Positions 48,001 to 63,229 of a stretch of DNA of 64,000 nt are shown here, one piece after another. The position numbers and the translations under genes are program-made. The DNA comes from the human T2T-CHM13v2.0 reference genome, Homo sapiens, in the NCBI RefSeq assembly GCF_009914755.1, contig NC_060927.1; one strand, written 5' to 3'. How positions within the stretch are numbered: position 1 is the first letter of the stretch; the number at the start of each line of letters is the position of its first letter. The notes under the pieces are model-generated. The model had not been told where the DNA came from. It did not search any database and worked only from the letters and a program-made list of their open reading frames with translations.

Positions 48001-51000
48001 GTATTTAGCAGTCGTGGGCTGGGCACCTGACCTGCGCCAGGTGCTGGGAGAACATGGCCCGGAGGTTCACAGCCTGGGAGACAGACACAGCAGGCAGCAC
48101 AGGGCTTGCGGGGGCGCCAGCAACCCTTACAGCCCAGGAGACCGGTCTCTCTAGGGGGCTGCAAAGGGAGCCTTCTCCCCTGGTGGTCCCCTCCGGCCCC
48201 TTACTATTTTAGGCTGCACACCTCAATCCGGCCCCGCGTGGGCCAGTGAATCAAGTGTAGACTCCTGTGCCTAGCAGCCAAGGCCCTCGCTCTCACCCCA
48301 TTCCATCCCTCTCCCAGCGACCCCATACACCAGGTACCGCTGCCGCTGGCCACACTGACTGACAGGTCCTTTCCCAACTCTCTGCTCTGTCTTTCCATCT
48401 TCTATTGAGCAAATTCCTACTTGTCCTTTAAGATCCACTAAACGTCATTCCTAGGGAAACCCTCCCTGACTCTCCCACAAATAGCTGCACTGTTTCCTGG
48501 CTCCCCAGCCTTTTGTGCCCCCTCGTTATGGCACTTACAGGGGGAGTCATTGTCACAGATCTGCCTGTCTGTCTCCCCGCTGGAGCATCTCCAAATCCCA
48601 GCACCTCACACAGAACCTGGCACTATGAGGCCCAGCGAGTGCCCGGGGAAGGGACAGAAGCCCAGCCCTGTGCTGTGTGCTGTGCTTGCACCTGGTTCTT
48701 TCATTGATTCATTCATACATGGCTTTGATTCCTGCCCAGGGGATTTGCAATCCAGGTAAGAAGAAGAGGAACAGAATCCAGTGGTGTTGAGAGCTGGCAT
48801 AAGCCCAGCACGTTAGGGGCTTGTGGTTAGAGGCTAGAGTGAGCTCTGGGCTGAGGCCCCAGGAATGTTCCAGAAGGAGGTAGAGCCAGCATTTGACTGC
48901 AAGAAAGGGTAGGACTCAGTTAAGTGGAAGGTAGGGGCAACAGTATAAGCAAATGCTTATAAGTAGGTTACAGTGGGTAATGACAATAAAATATCTCATG
49001 TTTATAGTGATTTACAGTTTACAATCGCTAGTATCACCTCATTTGAATCCCAAGTAGTGGGTAATGCAGGCTTCTTCCTGTTATGGGGGATGGAAGGGGG
49101 ATAATCCCCCTTCCTCCTGTTATGGGGGATGAAAGTCATAGCAGGGGTCACTGACTTATATGTTGGGTGCTTTGCATACATTGCCTCATTTGTTCCTCAC
49201 CACAATCACAGAGTTATTATGATCCCCACTTTATGGATGAGGAAACAGGCTCCTCAGAACAAGAGAGCTGCCAAAGGACTCAATTAGAGGTCACCGAGCT
49301 GATATTTAAAACTTGATGCTGTGCTGTCTCCACTGTGTCGGTTGGCTGGGATGGAAGCCCCTTTCTTTCTTTCCTTCCATCTTTTTCTTCCCTTCAGTTA
49401 TTCAGCAAGTATTTATTGAAAGGATGAACAATTGGTCATTGTGAGGAAGTGAGGTACAGTAGGGCTGTGAAGGTGGGCTGGGGCCAGACCACGTCGGTGG
49501 TGTACACAGCTGCCACTGTACATGGCTGGTCATTATTCCTTTAGCAGCCCCACCAGTCCCCAAACAAACCTAGGAGCTAAATAAAACAGTGTGTGCAGTG
49601 TGCAAATGGAGCTTTATGTCCTCCAGCCTGCTTCCTGCTTCTCTATTCCTCCTGCCCGGGAGGAGTAGAGAATTCTGGAGCCACCTTAGTGGGCAATGGG
49701 GGAGCTCCTGATGGTTCAGGAGCAGGAAATTTATGAGCAGAGTGGGGTCCCAGGCCACAGGGAGATGTCTATCCACAAGGGATGGTGGCCAAGGGTTGAA
49801 TGGAAAGAGGCAGGCAGGGGGAGAGGGGCAGAGGGTGTGGGTATTCCCAGGGCCTTGAGAGTGGACATGGCCCCTTCTCCTCAGCCTTCCATTAGCAAGG
49901 ATGTCACTGCTGCTCTTGCCTGATGACAGCCAGATCTGTTCACAGTTAGTCTGCCTCTCCTGCCATCATTCATCTCATGCCTCCATCCTGCGTCACCAAT
50001 GCATTAGCCTAGTGCCAACACGCAAAGTCCCCCTTGCCCAGGCTCCCTGACCCAATGCCTGCTTCCACATCTAGCTTCCTCCCTCTCCTCTGCTTCCAGC
50101 ATGCTCTGACCCCATTTCTCACCCATCATAGGTCATCTTGTCTTGGATCTGGCCCAGGCCCGGTCCACGTTGGTGCTGCCCACAGGCATTATCGCCGCGG
50201 CTGGCACCATGACGGTGACCCTGCACAGCAGCCGGGAGCTGCCCTCAAGGCCTGACGGGGTGCTGCATGTGGCCCTGCCCACTGTGCTCACCCCGCTGGC
50301 TCCGCCAGGCCCGCCGGGGCCCCCCAGGCCTCCGGGGCTCTGTGACGACAGGTTGGGCCTATGGTGATTCTCTTCGTCCCTCCCTCGGCTTCTCTGGGTC
50401 TAGTGCGGGTGAGGGGGCACTGGCAGGGTACCCAGGGATGGGAAGGGTGAGGAAGGGCTGGGGCCAGTCAGCCGGAGGGTTTAGGGGCCTTCACAGTGGC
50501 CCAGTGACCCTCCTCATGCTCCCTTCCAGCCCCACCAGCTGCTTCGGGGTGGGCAGCCTTCAGGAGGAAGGGCTGGCCTGGGAGGAGCTGGCTGCCTCTC
50601 GGGACGTGTTCTCAGGCCCTGCCCGCTGCCCTGCCCCATATACCTTCTCCTTCGAGATGCTGGTGACTGGGCCATGCCTGCTTGCAGGTGGGTGCATCTG
50701 GCTGGCCTGCCCTCTTTTCAGATGCCCACTCCACCCAGTGTAGTGACTGGAAGGGAAATAAGGCTCAGGGATAGGAGGGACACAGGACAAAAAGACAGGG
50801 ACCCCAGCCTCCGGAACATCTGGGTTAGTGGTGGGAGCATCCCCTGGTCACCTCTACCCAACACACACACCCCAATTTTATCAAGGTAATTTATTTATAT
50901 CTCATCCCACCCAGCAGTGGGAAGAGAGATACTTACAATGGGACTAGTACCTGTGATGAAGTAGGTTTTCCTTACACAGAAGGTGGGGGGTGAATGCTAA

Positions 51001-54000
51001 ATCAGCACCTGGCTGATGCATGACTCTTCGACCAGCCAGAAACCCCGCTGGAATCTACTTCCCAGCCCATGAAAGCAGGCACATCCTCCCTCGTCCATCT
51101 GACCCCATATAGATCAGACTCTGAGAGCTGACTGAATCAGCCATGACCCCTGCCAACATTTGCTGTCCCTGGGAAGGTGTTATGGCTACATCTCCCCTTC
51201 CTGCCTCTATGTCCCTCAGGCCTGGAGAGCCCCTCTCATGCTCTGCGGGCAGATGCCCCCCCTCATGCCAGCTCTGCAGCCACCATCTGTGTCACACTGG
51301 CAGAGGGCCACCACTGTGACCGGGCCTTGGAGATCCTGCTGCACCCCAGTGGTGAGAGACTGGGACACACCGTGGGCCGGCTCTGACCTGCTTCTACATG
51401 AATGGGGGAAGCATTTCTTAAGTGCAGGTTTCTGGGCCCCAGCCAGATGGACTGAGTCATCTGTGAGGGCAGAGCCTGTGGTGCAGGAAGGCTGGACCTG
51501 CAGGCTCCTCCTGGACAGTGAAACTGGGCACTTGGGGTCCAGAGGCAGGGCCTTCCTTGACAGAATTGTGTCCTCTCCTCTCAGAGCCCCATCAGCCACA
51601 CCTGATGCTGGAGGGCGGCAGCCTGAGCTCAGCAGAATATGAGGCCCGGGTGAGGGCCCGCCGAGATTTTCAGAGGCTACAGCGAAGGGACAGTGATGGG
51701 GACCGGCAGGTACCGCCATAGGAGCCTGGCCTGGCCCCTGGCCTTGGCTGCATTTGTGCACAAGGAGCAGGCAAGCAGGCTTACATTGGAATGGGTGCGG
51801 GGAGGCCTCTTTTCTCGGTAAGATCTCTCCACAGCTGCCACCAACCATCACAGAGGACAGATGAGTATTGTCATTGGAGGGCCGATGTGAATCTCTCTGG
51901 GGTGTGTCTCAGAGGATGGAGGCTAGGTCTGATATAAATAGAAGACAGCCACCTGCCTTTGCTCCTGCCTTTATTCGAATTACTACAAAAAGATGTCCCC
52001 TCTGGGTGGATCAGACAGAAAAAGGCCCCAGAGCCAGTCCCACTGCCCACCCTCAACAAAGTAGCACTAAGCCTTGCCCAGGCTGACTTGGGACTCCCCC
52101 GCTCAGGTGTGGTTCCTGCAGCGACGCTTCCACAAGGACATCCTGCTGAACCCCGTGCTGGCGCTGAGCTTCTGCCCAGACCTGAGCTCCAAGCCCGGAC
52201 ACCTGGGGACAGCTACTCGGGAGCTACTCTTCCTTTTGGATAGCAGCAGCGTGGCACACAAGGCCCGTGGGGGTGTGGTGTGGGCAGGCCTGGGGGTTGG
52301 GTGGGGCAGTGGGTCTGAGGAGGGCTGGGGGCAGCCTCTTGAAGCCAGGAGTTACCTTGTTGCTTCAAACACCATCTTCCAAAGAGGAAGCAGATGGCAA
52401 CTCCTCAGGGGATTCCCTTAGACAGCAGCCCTGCTCCAACCGCCAAACAGACACTGTCACGCTCTCTTGCTCATATTCACGCACACACATCTCTCCAGGA
52501 TTCCAAGAGCCTCTCACACATAGACTCGCACTCAGTCACAGGGAGTCACTCCAATCACAGGGACACTCAAGTTTCATGTGTACCTCCAGAGTCCCACACA
52601 CAGCCATGTGTACCTCCAGAGTCCCACACACAGCCATGTGTACCTCCAGAGTCCCACACACAGCCATGTGTACCTCCAGAGTCCCACACACAGCCATGTG
52701 TACCTCCAGAGTCCCACACACAGCCATGTGTACCTCCAGAGTCCCACACACAGCCATGTGTACCTCCAGAGTCCCACACACAGCCATGTGTACCTCCAGA
52801 GTCCCACACACAGCCATGTGTACCTCCAGAGTCCCACACACAGCCATGTGTACCTCCAGAGTCCCACACACAGCCATGTGTACCTCCAGAGTCCCACACA
52901 CAGCCATGTGTACCTCCAGAGTCCCACACACAGCCATGTGTACCTCCAGAGTCCCACACACAGCCATGTGTACCTCCAGAGTCCCACACACAGCCATGTG
53001 TACCTCCAGAGTCCCACACACAGCCATGTGTACCTCCAGAGTCCCACACACAGTCATGTACACCTCCAGAGTCCCACACACAGTCATGTGTACTTCCAGA
53101 GTCCCACACAGTCAGGTATACCTCCAGAGTCCCACACACAGTCATGTACACCTCCAGAGTCCCACACACAGTCATGTATACCTCCAGAGTCCCACACAGT
53201 CATGTATACCTCCAGAGTCCCACACACAGTCATGTGTACCTCCAGAGTCCCACACAGTCTCTCACACACACTTGGGGGCTCACTGGCACACTTTCCCTCA
53301 CACCCAGGGCCTCTCCCAGGTTACCACAGCCTCTCACTTGAATCACAGCCTGGATAACGCAGTGATCTGGCTTCCCTTGCTCTGTATCAGGGCCCATGGG
53401 GCCGGCCTCACGCCGCCCTCCCTGGCCCTCCACAGGATGCCATTGTTTTGGCTGTGAAGTCCCTCCCACCCCAGACGCTTATCAACCTGGCCGTGTTTGG
53501 GACGTTGGTGCAGCCACTCTTCCCAGAGAGCCGGCCTTGCAGTGATGTGAGTGTGGTCCAGGGATCTGGGGGCCTTACAGAGAGGTTTCAGCCCAGTGCG
53601 TCCCAGCCTGTGCCTTCTCGCTCCAGGATGCTGTGCAGCTGATCTGCGAGAGCATTGAGACCCTGCAGGTTCCGAGTGGGCCCCCAGACGTGCTGGCTGC
53701 TCTGGACTGGGCCGTGGGGCAGCCCCAGCACAGGGCCTACCCTCGGCAGCTGTTCCTGCTCACTGCTGCCTCACCCATGGCCGCCACTACCCACCGAACC
53801 CTGGAGCTCATGAGGTGGCACAGGGGGACAGCCAGGTATGGGATGGGCAGAACCAGATGCGTAAGACTGAGCCCCCACAAGGGGCTCCTGAAGATCACAG
53901 CTGCTTCCTTTCCTTCATCAGATGCTTCTCCTTTGGGCTGGGGCCCACCTGCCACCAGCTGCTCCAGGGTTTATCTGCCCTCAGCAGAGGCCAGGCCTAC

Positions 54001-57000
54001 TTCCTGAGGCCTGGGCAGAGGCTGCAGCCCATGGTGAGCTTGAGCCTGGGCCCTGTTCCCTACACCTGGAAGTTTTTCTCCCAAGTTACACATCAAGTCT
54101 GAAACAGAACTCAGGCAGGCCATGGGGGCTCCTGGCGCCCTCACCAGGCCTTCTCCCCACTCCAATCAGGGGAAGAGCTGTTGGTGCTGTGAAGGCCAAA
54201 GGTGTCAGGACACTGTCTCTGACCACCCTCTGAATCCCATTTAGTCCTGGAACGGAGCCTCGTCCTCACAGTCTTGCCCCATCCATGTGGCAAAGCTCAG
54301 GCCAGGAGACAGACCAAATCCTGAGGGCTGAGCACTCAGCCCCCTGCTTGCTCCTACCCTCATTCCTTCTCCTGACCCCAGCCTGGCCCTGTGCCCCATC
54401 AGCTTAGGGGCTGGGCAGATGGCATCAGGGGAAGGGCAGCCTTCCTGCTCTGTCTGGCCGTATGACACCTCTTTCCTTCCCATGTCTTCCCTGTGGCCAC
54501 TCCCCACAGCTGGTACAGGCTCTGCGGAAGGCACTGGAGCCTGCTTTGAGTGACATCTCTGTGGACTGGTTTGTGCCCGACACTGTGGAGGCACTGCTGA
54601 CCCCTCGGGAGATCCCAGCACTCTACCCTGGGGACCAGCTGCTCGGTTACTGCTCACTCTTCAGGGTGGATGGCTTCCGGTCCCGCCCACCAGGGGTAAG
54701 CTTGGGCTGGGGTGTGGTAGGGGGGCTAGGGTGAGGTAGGGGGGCCTGGGATGGCTGAAGTCCCCGCATCTCTTCCAAACCCTTTTTCCATTCTCTGTGC
54801 CTCTCTCTACCAAGCTTCTCTACTATCCCCTAGGACTCCACAGAGATCACACTGGGCCCCCTAAGATGACCACACCCTGTCCCCTTCATGGAGTCTTCCA
54901 CTGAGTTGTCCTGCAAAGTGTTACCCCTCAGTTTTTACCCAAGGTCACTAAAGCACACAGCCACAGAAAACAGCACCTGCATTTGCTATGAGGTTTCCGT
55001 CAAGGCTTGCTCATGGCTTCACATAGTTCCCTATAGAAAGCACCAGCCAGCGTATTTTCTGGGACACGCAGTGATGGATGAGCATAACCTAGGCACAATC
55101 TCTAATCCCAGCTCTGTCACTTACCAGCCATTTGATTTGAGCAAGTCACTTCACCTCACTGACCCATTTCCTCATATGGAAATGAGGTTTTTCACAGGTG
55201 GTTGTCATCAGGGGTCATAAAGTGAGTACTCCTGGCAGAACACTTGACACAGTAGGAGCTGGGGACATGGTAGTTATTTTTTAATGAAAAGCTTTATCTC
55301 TTTAGAAGAACTCTGCACGCTTCCTCCTTTTTGATCATGAGAGCTGCATAACAGACTTTTTTTTTTGCCTGGCTGCCAGGGAGCTCAGGGCCAAACTTAA
55401 AGCTCAGCTTCCCAGCAGCTCTATTAACCCTTACAGTGAACATGTCTGCTTCCTCCTTCTTTAGTACTGGTCTTTTGTTTCTGGTTTATTAGCTTTGTTG
55501 CCTCTTGCTGTGAGCCATCTAAAAATGTTTGGAAAGAGGTAGCACATAACTGCAGTTAATTTTTTTCCCAATAATATTCTCTCTAGGGCCAAGAGCCTGG
55601 CTGGCAGAGCTCGGGTGGGTCCGTGTTTCCATCCCCAGAAGAGGCCCCGTCTGCTGCCAGCCCTGGCACTGAGCCCACTGGCACCTCAGAGCCACTGGGA
55701 ACAGGCACTGTCTCAGCAGAACTGTCCAGCCCATGGGCTGCCAGGGACTCGGAGCAGAGTGAGTGCCCAGGTGTATGTGTGTGGCTGTATTGGAGTGGGC
55801 GCTGGGAGGGGTCAGGGCTAGGGCCCATTCTACTGCCTCCCAGCAGGTACTGATGCTCTGACAGACCCAGTCACGGATCCTGGACCCAACCCCTCTGACA
55901 CAGCCATATGGCGCCGCATCTTTCAGTCCTCGTACATTCGGGAGCAGTATGTGCTCACCCACTGCTCTGCCAGCCCCGAGCCAGGCCCAGGCTCCACAGG
56001 CAGCAGTGAGTCCCCAGGCTCACAGGGCCCTGGCTCCCCCGAAGGTAGTGCTCCCTTGGAGCCCCCTTCTCAGCAGGGCTGCCGCAGTCTGGCCTGGGGA
56101 GAACCTGCAGGCTCCCGCTCCTGTCCCCTGCCTGCACCCACACCAGCTCCATTCAAGGTGAGATCCAACCCACATTCATTCGCCTTGTATCCAGCAAATA
56201 TTTATTTACCACCTGCTGTGCACCAGATATTATGTAGAGTTTACTATTAAGTCTAGCTAGAGAGAAAGGTGGGTAAATCCCCAACGATACCATGTAACAA
56301 CCAGTGATGAGCACAAGGACATGTATTAAGGGGGCTTAAAGTCAGGGTGACTAATTCTGCCTGAGAGAGTCAGGAAAGTCAGAGCCATATCTGGAAGAAT
56401 AAGCACGAGTTAGCCATGCAGAGAGGGAGAAGACATAAACGAAAATACAGAGACAAGCAACAACCACAAGTGGGAAATAGGGAGTGGAGTGGGATGATGC
56501 TGGGAAGGGGCCAAGGCCAGAGGTCACTGTAGGCCATAAGGAACTTGGCCTTCCTCCTCAAGCTGGTGAGCGGCCACCCAGGGTTTCAGACAAGGGGCAT
56601 GGGCCAGCTGTGCACCCATGTATGATGGTCAAGGGTTCTGCATTCCTTGACCAGTGGCCCCCATATCTCACATGCAGGTGGGGGCCTTGAGTACTGAGGT
56701 GCTGGGCCGTCAGCACAGAGCGGCTCTGGCTGGCCGAAGCCTCTCATCCCCTCCAGGCCGGGCAAACCAAGTCCCCGGCCGACCCCGGAAACCCTCTTTG
56801 GGTGCAATACTAGATGGCCCAAGTCCTGAGCCAGGCCAACAGTTGGGACAAGGCCTGGATGACTCAGGTAAGTGTTGGATGGGGAGCTGGTTTCCCTGAC
56901 ACCAAAGAGGCCTTGGGGAGGTAAAGCCCAGAGGACCACTCTGCCCATGCCCCTGCTGTCTTTCCTCCCCAGGAAACCTGCTCTCCCCAGCCCCTATGGA

Positions 57001-59322
57001 CTGGGACATGCTGATGGAACCACCCTTCTTATTCACGGCTGTGCCTCCTAGTGGGGAGTTGGCCCCTCCAGCAGTGCCTCCCCAGGCTCCACGCTGCCAT
57101 GTGGTGATCCGGGGCCTGTGTGGGGAGCAGCCCATGTGCTGGGAGGTGGGTGTTGGGCTGGAGACACTGTGGGGACCTGGAGATGGCTCACAGCCTCCCT
57201 CACCTCCTGTAAGAGAAGCTGCTTGGGACCAAGCACTCCATCGGCTGACAGCAGCCTCTGTGGTCCGGGACAATGAGCAGCTGGCCCTCCGAGGAGGGGC
57301 AGAGACCACAGCTGACCGGGGTGAGTTGCTCATGGGTCCAGTCAGGACCCAAAGGCATGGGCTAAAAACAGCAAAGGTAGAGGTCTGTGTGTTTGATCAC
57401 TCTCTATACCTCGCTTTGATCACAAAGGATTTGAGGCTCATCACAGACAAGATAAAAAATTAAGCGGGACAATGGGAAAAAGTAAAAATAAAAGGAAACT
57501 GAGAATGAGGTTATATTAAAGGTGCATGCTGTGAGGTTATATACTCTTGCAAGGATCAGATCCAGAACTGACAAGCTTCCTAGCAGCCAGCACAGAGGGC
57601 AACGTGATCCTGTCATGATTCACAGCACCCACAACGTAAAAACAAATCTTTGTCATTTAGGAAAATACTTAAAGTTCATTTCCTCAGTTGCACTAACCAC
57701 AGCTGAAGTACTCAATAGTCAAATGTGACTAGTGGCTACCACATTGGATCATGAAGAGAGAGAACATTTCCAAGTTTTATTAGTGCAGAAGCAGGTGGAG
57801 GAAAATGTGCCAGCTAATGCTTCCTCTGGGTGTTGTCCAGAGTGCTGAATTTCTGGGCAGCCAGGGGGCTCTTGCTCTGCTATGGGTTGAAGATTCAGCC
57901 TGATCACTTCTTGTCAAAGTTGGGGAGTCTGAGCTGGTTCTGGGCCTAGCAAGGCAATCTACTCTGTTAAAGTCGATAGAGGGAGAAGCTGGGGAGAACA
58001 CTGCAATTTTTTCTATGAGCCCTCTGTAGAGGGTGGGTGGTGGGGGCTCCACAGACTGCTCCTTGGTTCCACAGGCCATGCCCGGAGGTGCTGGCTTCGA
58101 GCCCTTCAGACAAGTAAGGTCAGCTCTGCCCCCTCCTGCTTCACTTGCCCTGTAGCTGTGGATGCTACTACTAGGGAGGTCCTGCCTGGGGCCCTGCAGG
58201 TGTGCAGCTCAGGTAGGGGCCTCTTCTGGTGACCTCTCAGGTGCAGCTCTCACCTCACTGGCCACTCTCCTGGACAAACCTGACTCCTGTCCCATGTGCC
58301 CCTGCAGAGCCCGCTGAGCCCCCAGGAACCCCTCCTGCCTCTCACAGCCATCTAGATGCAGCTCCTCTGCCCACTGTTGTCTACTCTAAAGGTAACACCC
58401 AAAGGTAGGGAAAGGGTAGGGGCACTTGGGCTTAGAGACCGCCCCCTGGCACTGATGATCCCCACTGCAGGACTTCAGAGAGGCTCTCCAGCAGGCGCCT
58501 GGGACTCGGACCAAAATGGCAACTCCAAGCGTGCTTTGGGGGACCCTGCCACTCCCACGGAAGGTCCTCGCCGCCCACCTCCCCGTCCTCCCTGTCGGCT
58601 CAGCATGGGCCGCCGTCACAAACTCTGTAGCCCTGACCCGGGCCAGGCCAACAACAGTGAAGGCAGCGACCATGACTACCTGCCCTTGGTGAGGACTCGG
58701 GAGGTGGAGGGTGGTGCCGCCGGGGCCGGGCGCTGTTTCAGCTCGCTTCTCCCCCCACCTCCTCTCTCCTCAGGTGCGGCTGCAGGAGGCACCAGGCTCC
58801 TTCCGCCTGGACGCGCCCTTCTGCGCCGCTGTGCGCATCTCGCAGGAGCGCCTCTGCCGTGCCTCGCCCTTTGCCGTGCACCGCGCCAGCCTCAGCCCCA
58901 CCTCGGCCTCATTGCCCTGGGCACTTCTGGGCCCTGGTGTTGGCCAGGGTGACAGTGCCACGGCCTCCTGCAGCCCGTCCCCCAGCTCGGGCTCTGAGGG
59001 GCCCGGCCAGGTGGACAGTGGGCGGGGCTCAGACACCGAGGCCTCCGAGGGGGCGGAAGGGCTGGGCGGCACCGACCTGCGGGGCCGGACCTGGGCCACT
59101 GCCGTAGCACTCGCCTGGCTGGAGCACCGATGCGCCGCTGCCTTCGACGAGTGGGAACTGACAGCGGCCAAGGCTGATTGCTGGCTGCGGGCCCAGCACT
59201 TGCCTGACGGCCTTGACCTGGCCGCCCTCAAGGCCGCAGCCCGAGGGCTCTTCCTGCTACTGCGCCACTGGGACCAAAACCTGCAGCTACACCTGCTGTG
59301 CTACAGCCCAGCGAACGTGTGA
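47483..59322 (+). CDS. VWA5B2: von Willebrand factor A domain-containing protein 5B2 (VIT-like N-terminus, VWA domain, Pro/Ser-rich region), 1242 aa, 19 coding exons
   Basis: Exons: 47483-47621, 47701-47871, 50132-50351, 50530-50687, 51220-51351, 51585-51709, 52107-52262 (GC donor), 53436-53546, 53627-53835, 53922-54033, 54510-54695, 55587-55758, 55847-56157, 56678-56867, 56973-57320, 58075-58212, 58308-58391, 58471-58688, 58774-59322, total 3729 nt in one open frame. Runs MPGLYCPSSW...LLCYSPANV*; Kozak gcgccATG. Confidence 0.93.
52575..53258. repeat. 30-bp minisatellite (VNTR), 23 units, in the VWA5B2 intron after exon 52107-52262
   Basis: Unit catgtgtacctccagagtcccacacacagc; 15 identical units at 52575-53024, then 8 variant 28/30-bp units. 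Confidence 0.97.
57676..57790. mobile_element. MER3/MER33-like hAT-Charlie fragment
   Basis: ttcctcagttgcactaaccaca...ctcaatagtcaaatgtgactagtggctaccacattgga resembles the MER3/MER33 terminus. Confidence 0.55.
58689..58773 (+). ncRNA. MIR1224: miR-1224 precursor (mirtron, the entire 85-nt last intron of VWA5B2)
   Basis: The intron starts GTGAGGACTCGGGAGGTGG (5p arm, 58689-58707) and ends CCCCACCTCCTCTCTCCTCAG (3p arm, 58753-58773). The arms pair (GGAGGTGG/CCACCTCC, TGAGGA/TCCTCA). Matches my recall of hsa-mir-1224. Confidence 0.95.
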
Positions 59323-59594
59323 AGGCTGCCCCCTGCTGCTTGGGCTGGCGCCCCACCCAACACACTCAAGTCACTGCCGCCCAGGGCTGGCCTCTTGGTG
59401 CTGGGAAAGTGTAGGCTGGTGCCAGCCTGTCCCCCACTGCTTCTTACTCCCTCCCTGGAGCCCTCTTGCCCCCACAAAAAGTGCCTGCCTGTGCTCTCTC
59501 CCTCTCCTCCCACCCCACTCACACTCCCCTCCATCCTCTGAGCTCCCTGCAACACAGTGGAAGGGTAGAGAGCCACAGTCCCCAAATCCTATGC

Positions 59595-59600
59595 AATAAA
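59595..59600 (+). terminator. VWA5B2: VWA5B2 polyadenylation signal AATAAA
   Basis: AATAAA about 270 nt after the stop codon. Confidence 0.85.
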
Positions 59601-59721
59601 GTGCCTCTTAGGACTGCTTGAGTGAATTCTTTATCTGCTCCATACGTGTCCCTCACAGCCTGGACCAGGCATCGGCTGCCCCCACCTCCATGTAGGTTGC
59701 ACAGAGTTGGACTTAGCAAGG

Positions 59722-59727
59722 TTTATT
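59722..59727 (-). terminator. ALG3: ALG3 proximal polyadenylation signal AATAAA
   Basis: tttatt on the + strand, about 70 nt past the ALG3 stop codon. Confidence 0.8.
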
Positions 59728-59797
59728 TGGAAGGGCAGAGTCCAACCCACCCCAGGTCCTGAGGGTAGACTCAGGTCCTGAGGGAAAGGGGTGGACT

Positions 59798-63205
<3,408 letters not shown>

Positions 63206-63229
63206 TTACTACCTCTTAATCTAACTCTT

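Noticed and set aside
48148-48161. CTCF-like motif TCTCTAGGGGGCTG
   Set aside because: Partial match only; such motifs are frequent in GC-rich DNA and cannot be called by eye.
52575-53258. 30-bp repeats resembling a CRISPR array
   Set aside because: The units are head-to-tail with no unique spacers, there are no cas genes, and the context is a human intron. It is a minisatellite.
52267-53457. Long repetitive ORFs (396, 315, 259, 202, 183, 157 aa) in all six frames
   Set aside because: They arise because the 30-bp unit lacks stop codons. They lie in an intron and have no supporting splice or start context.
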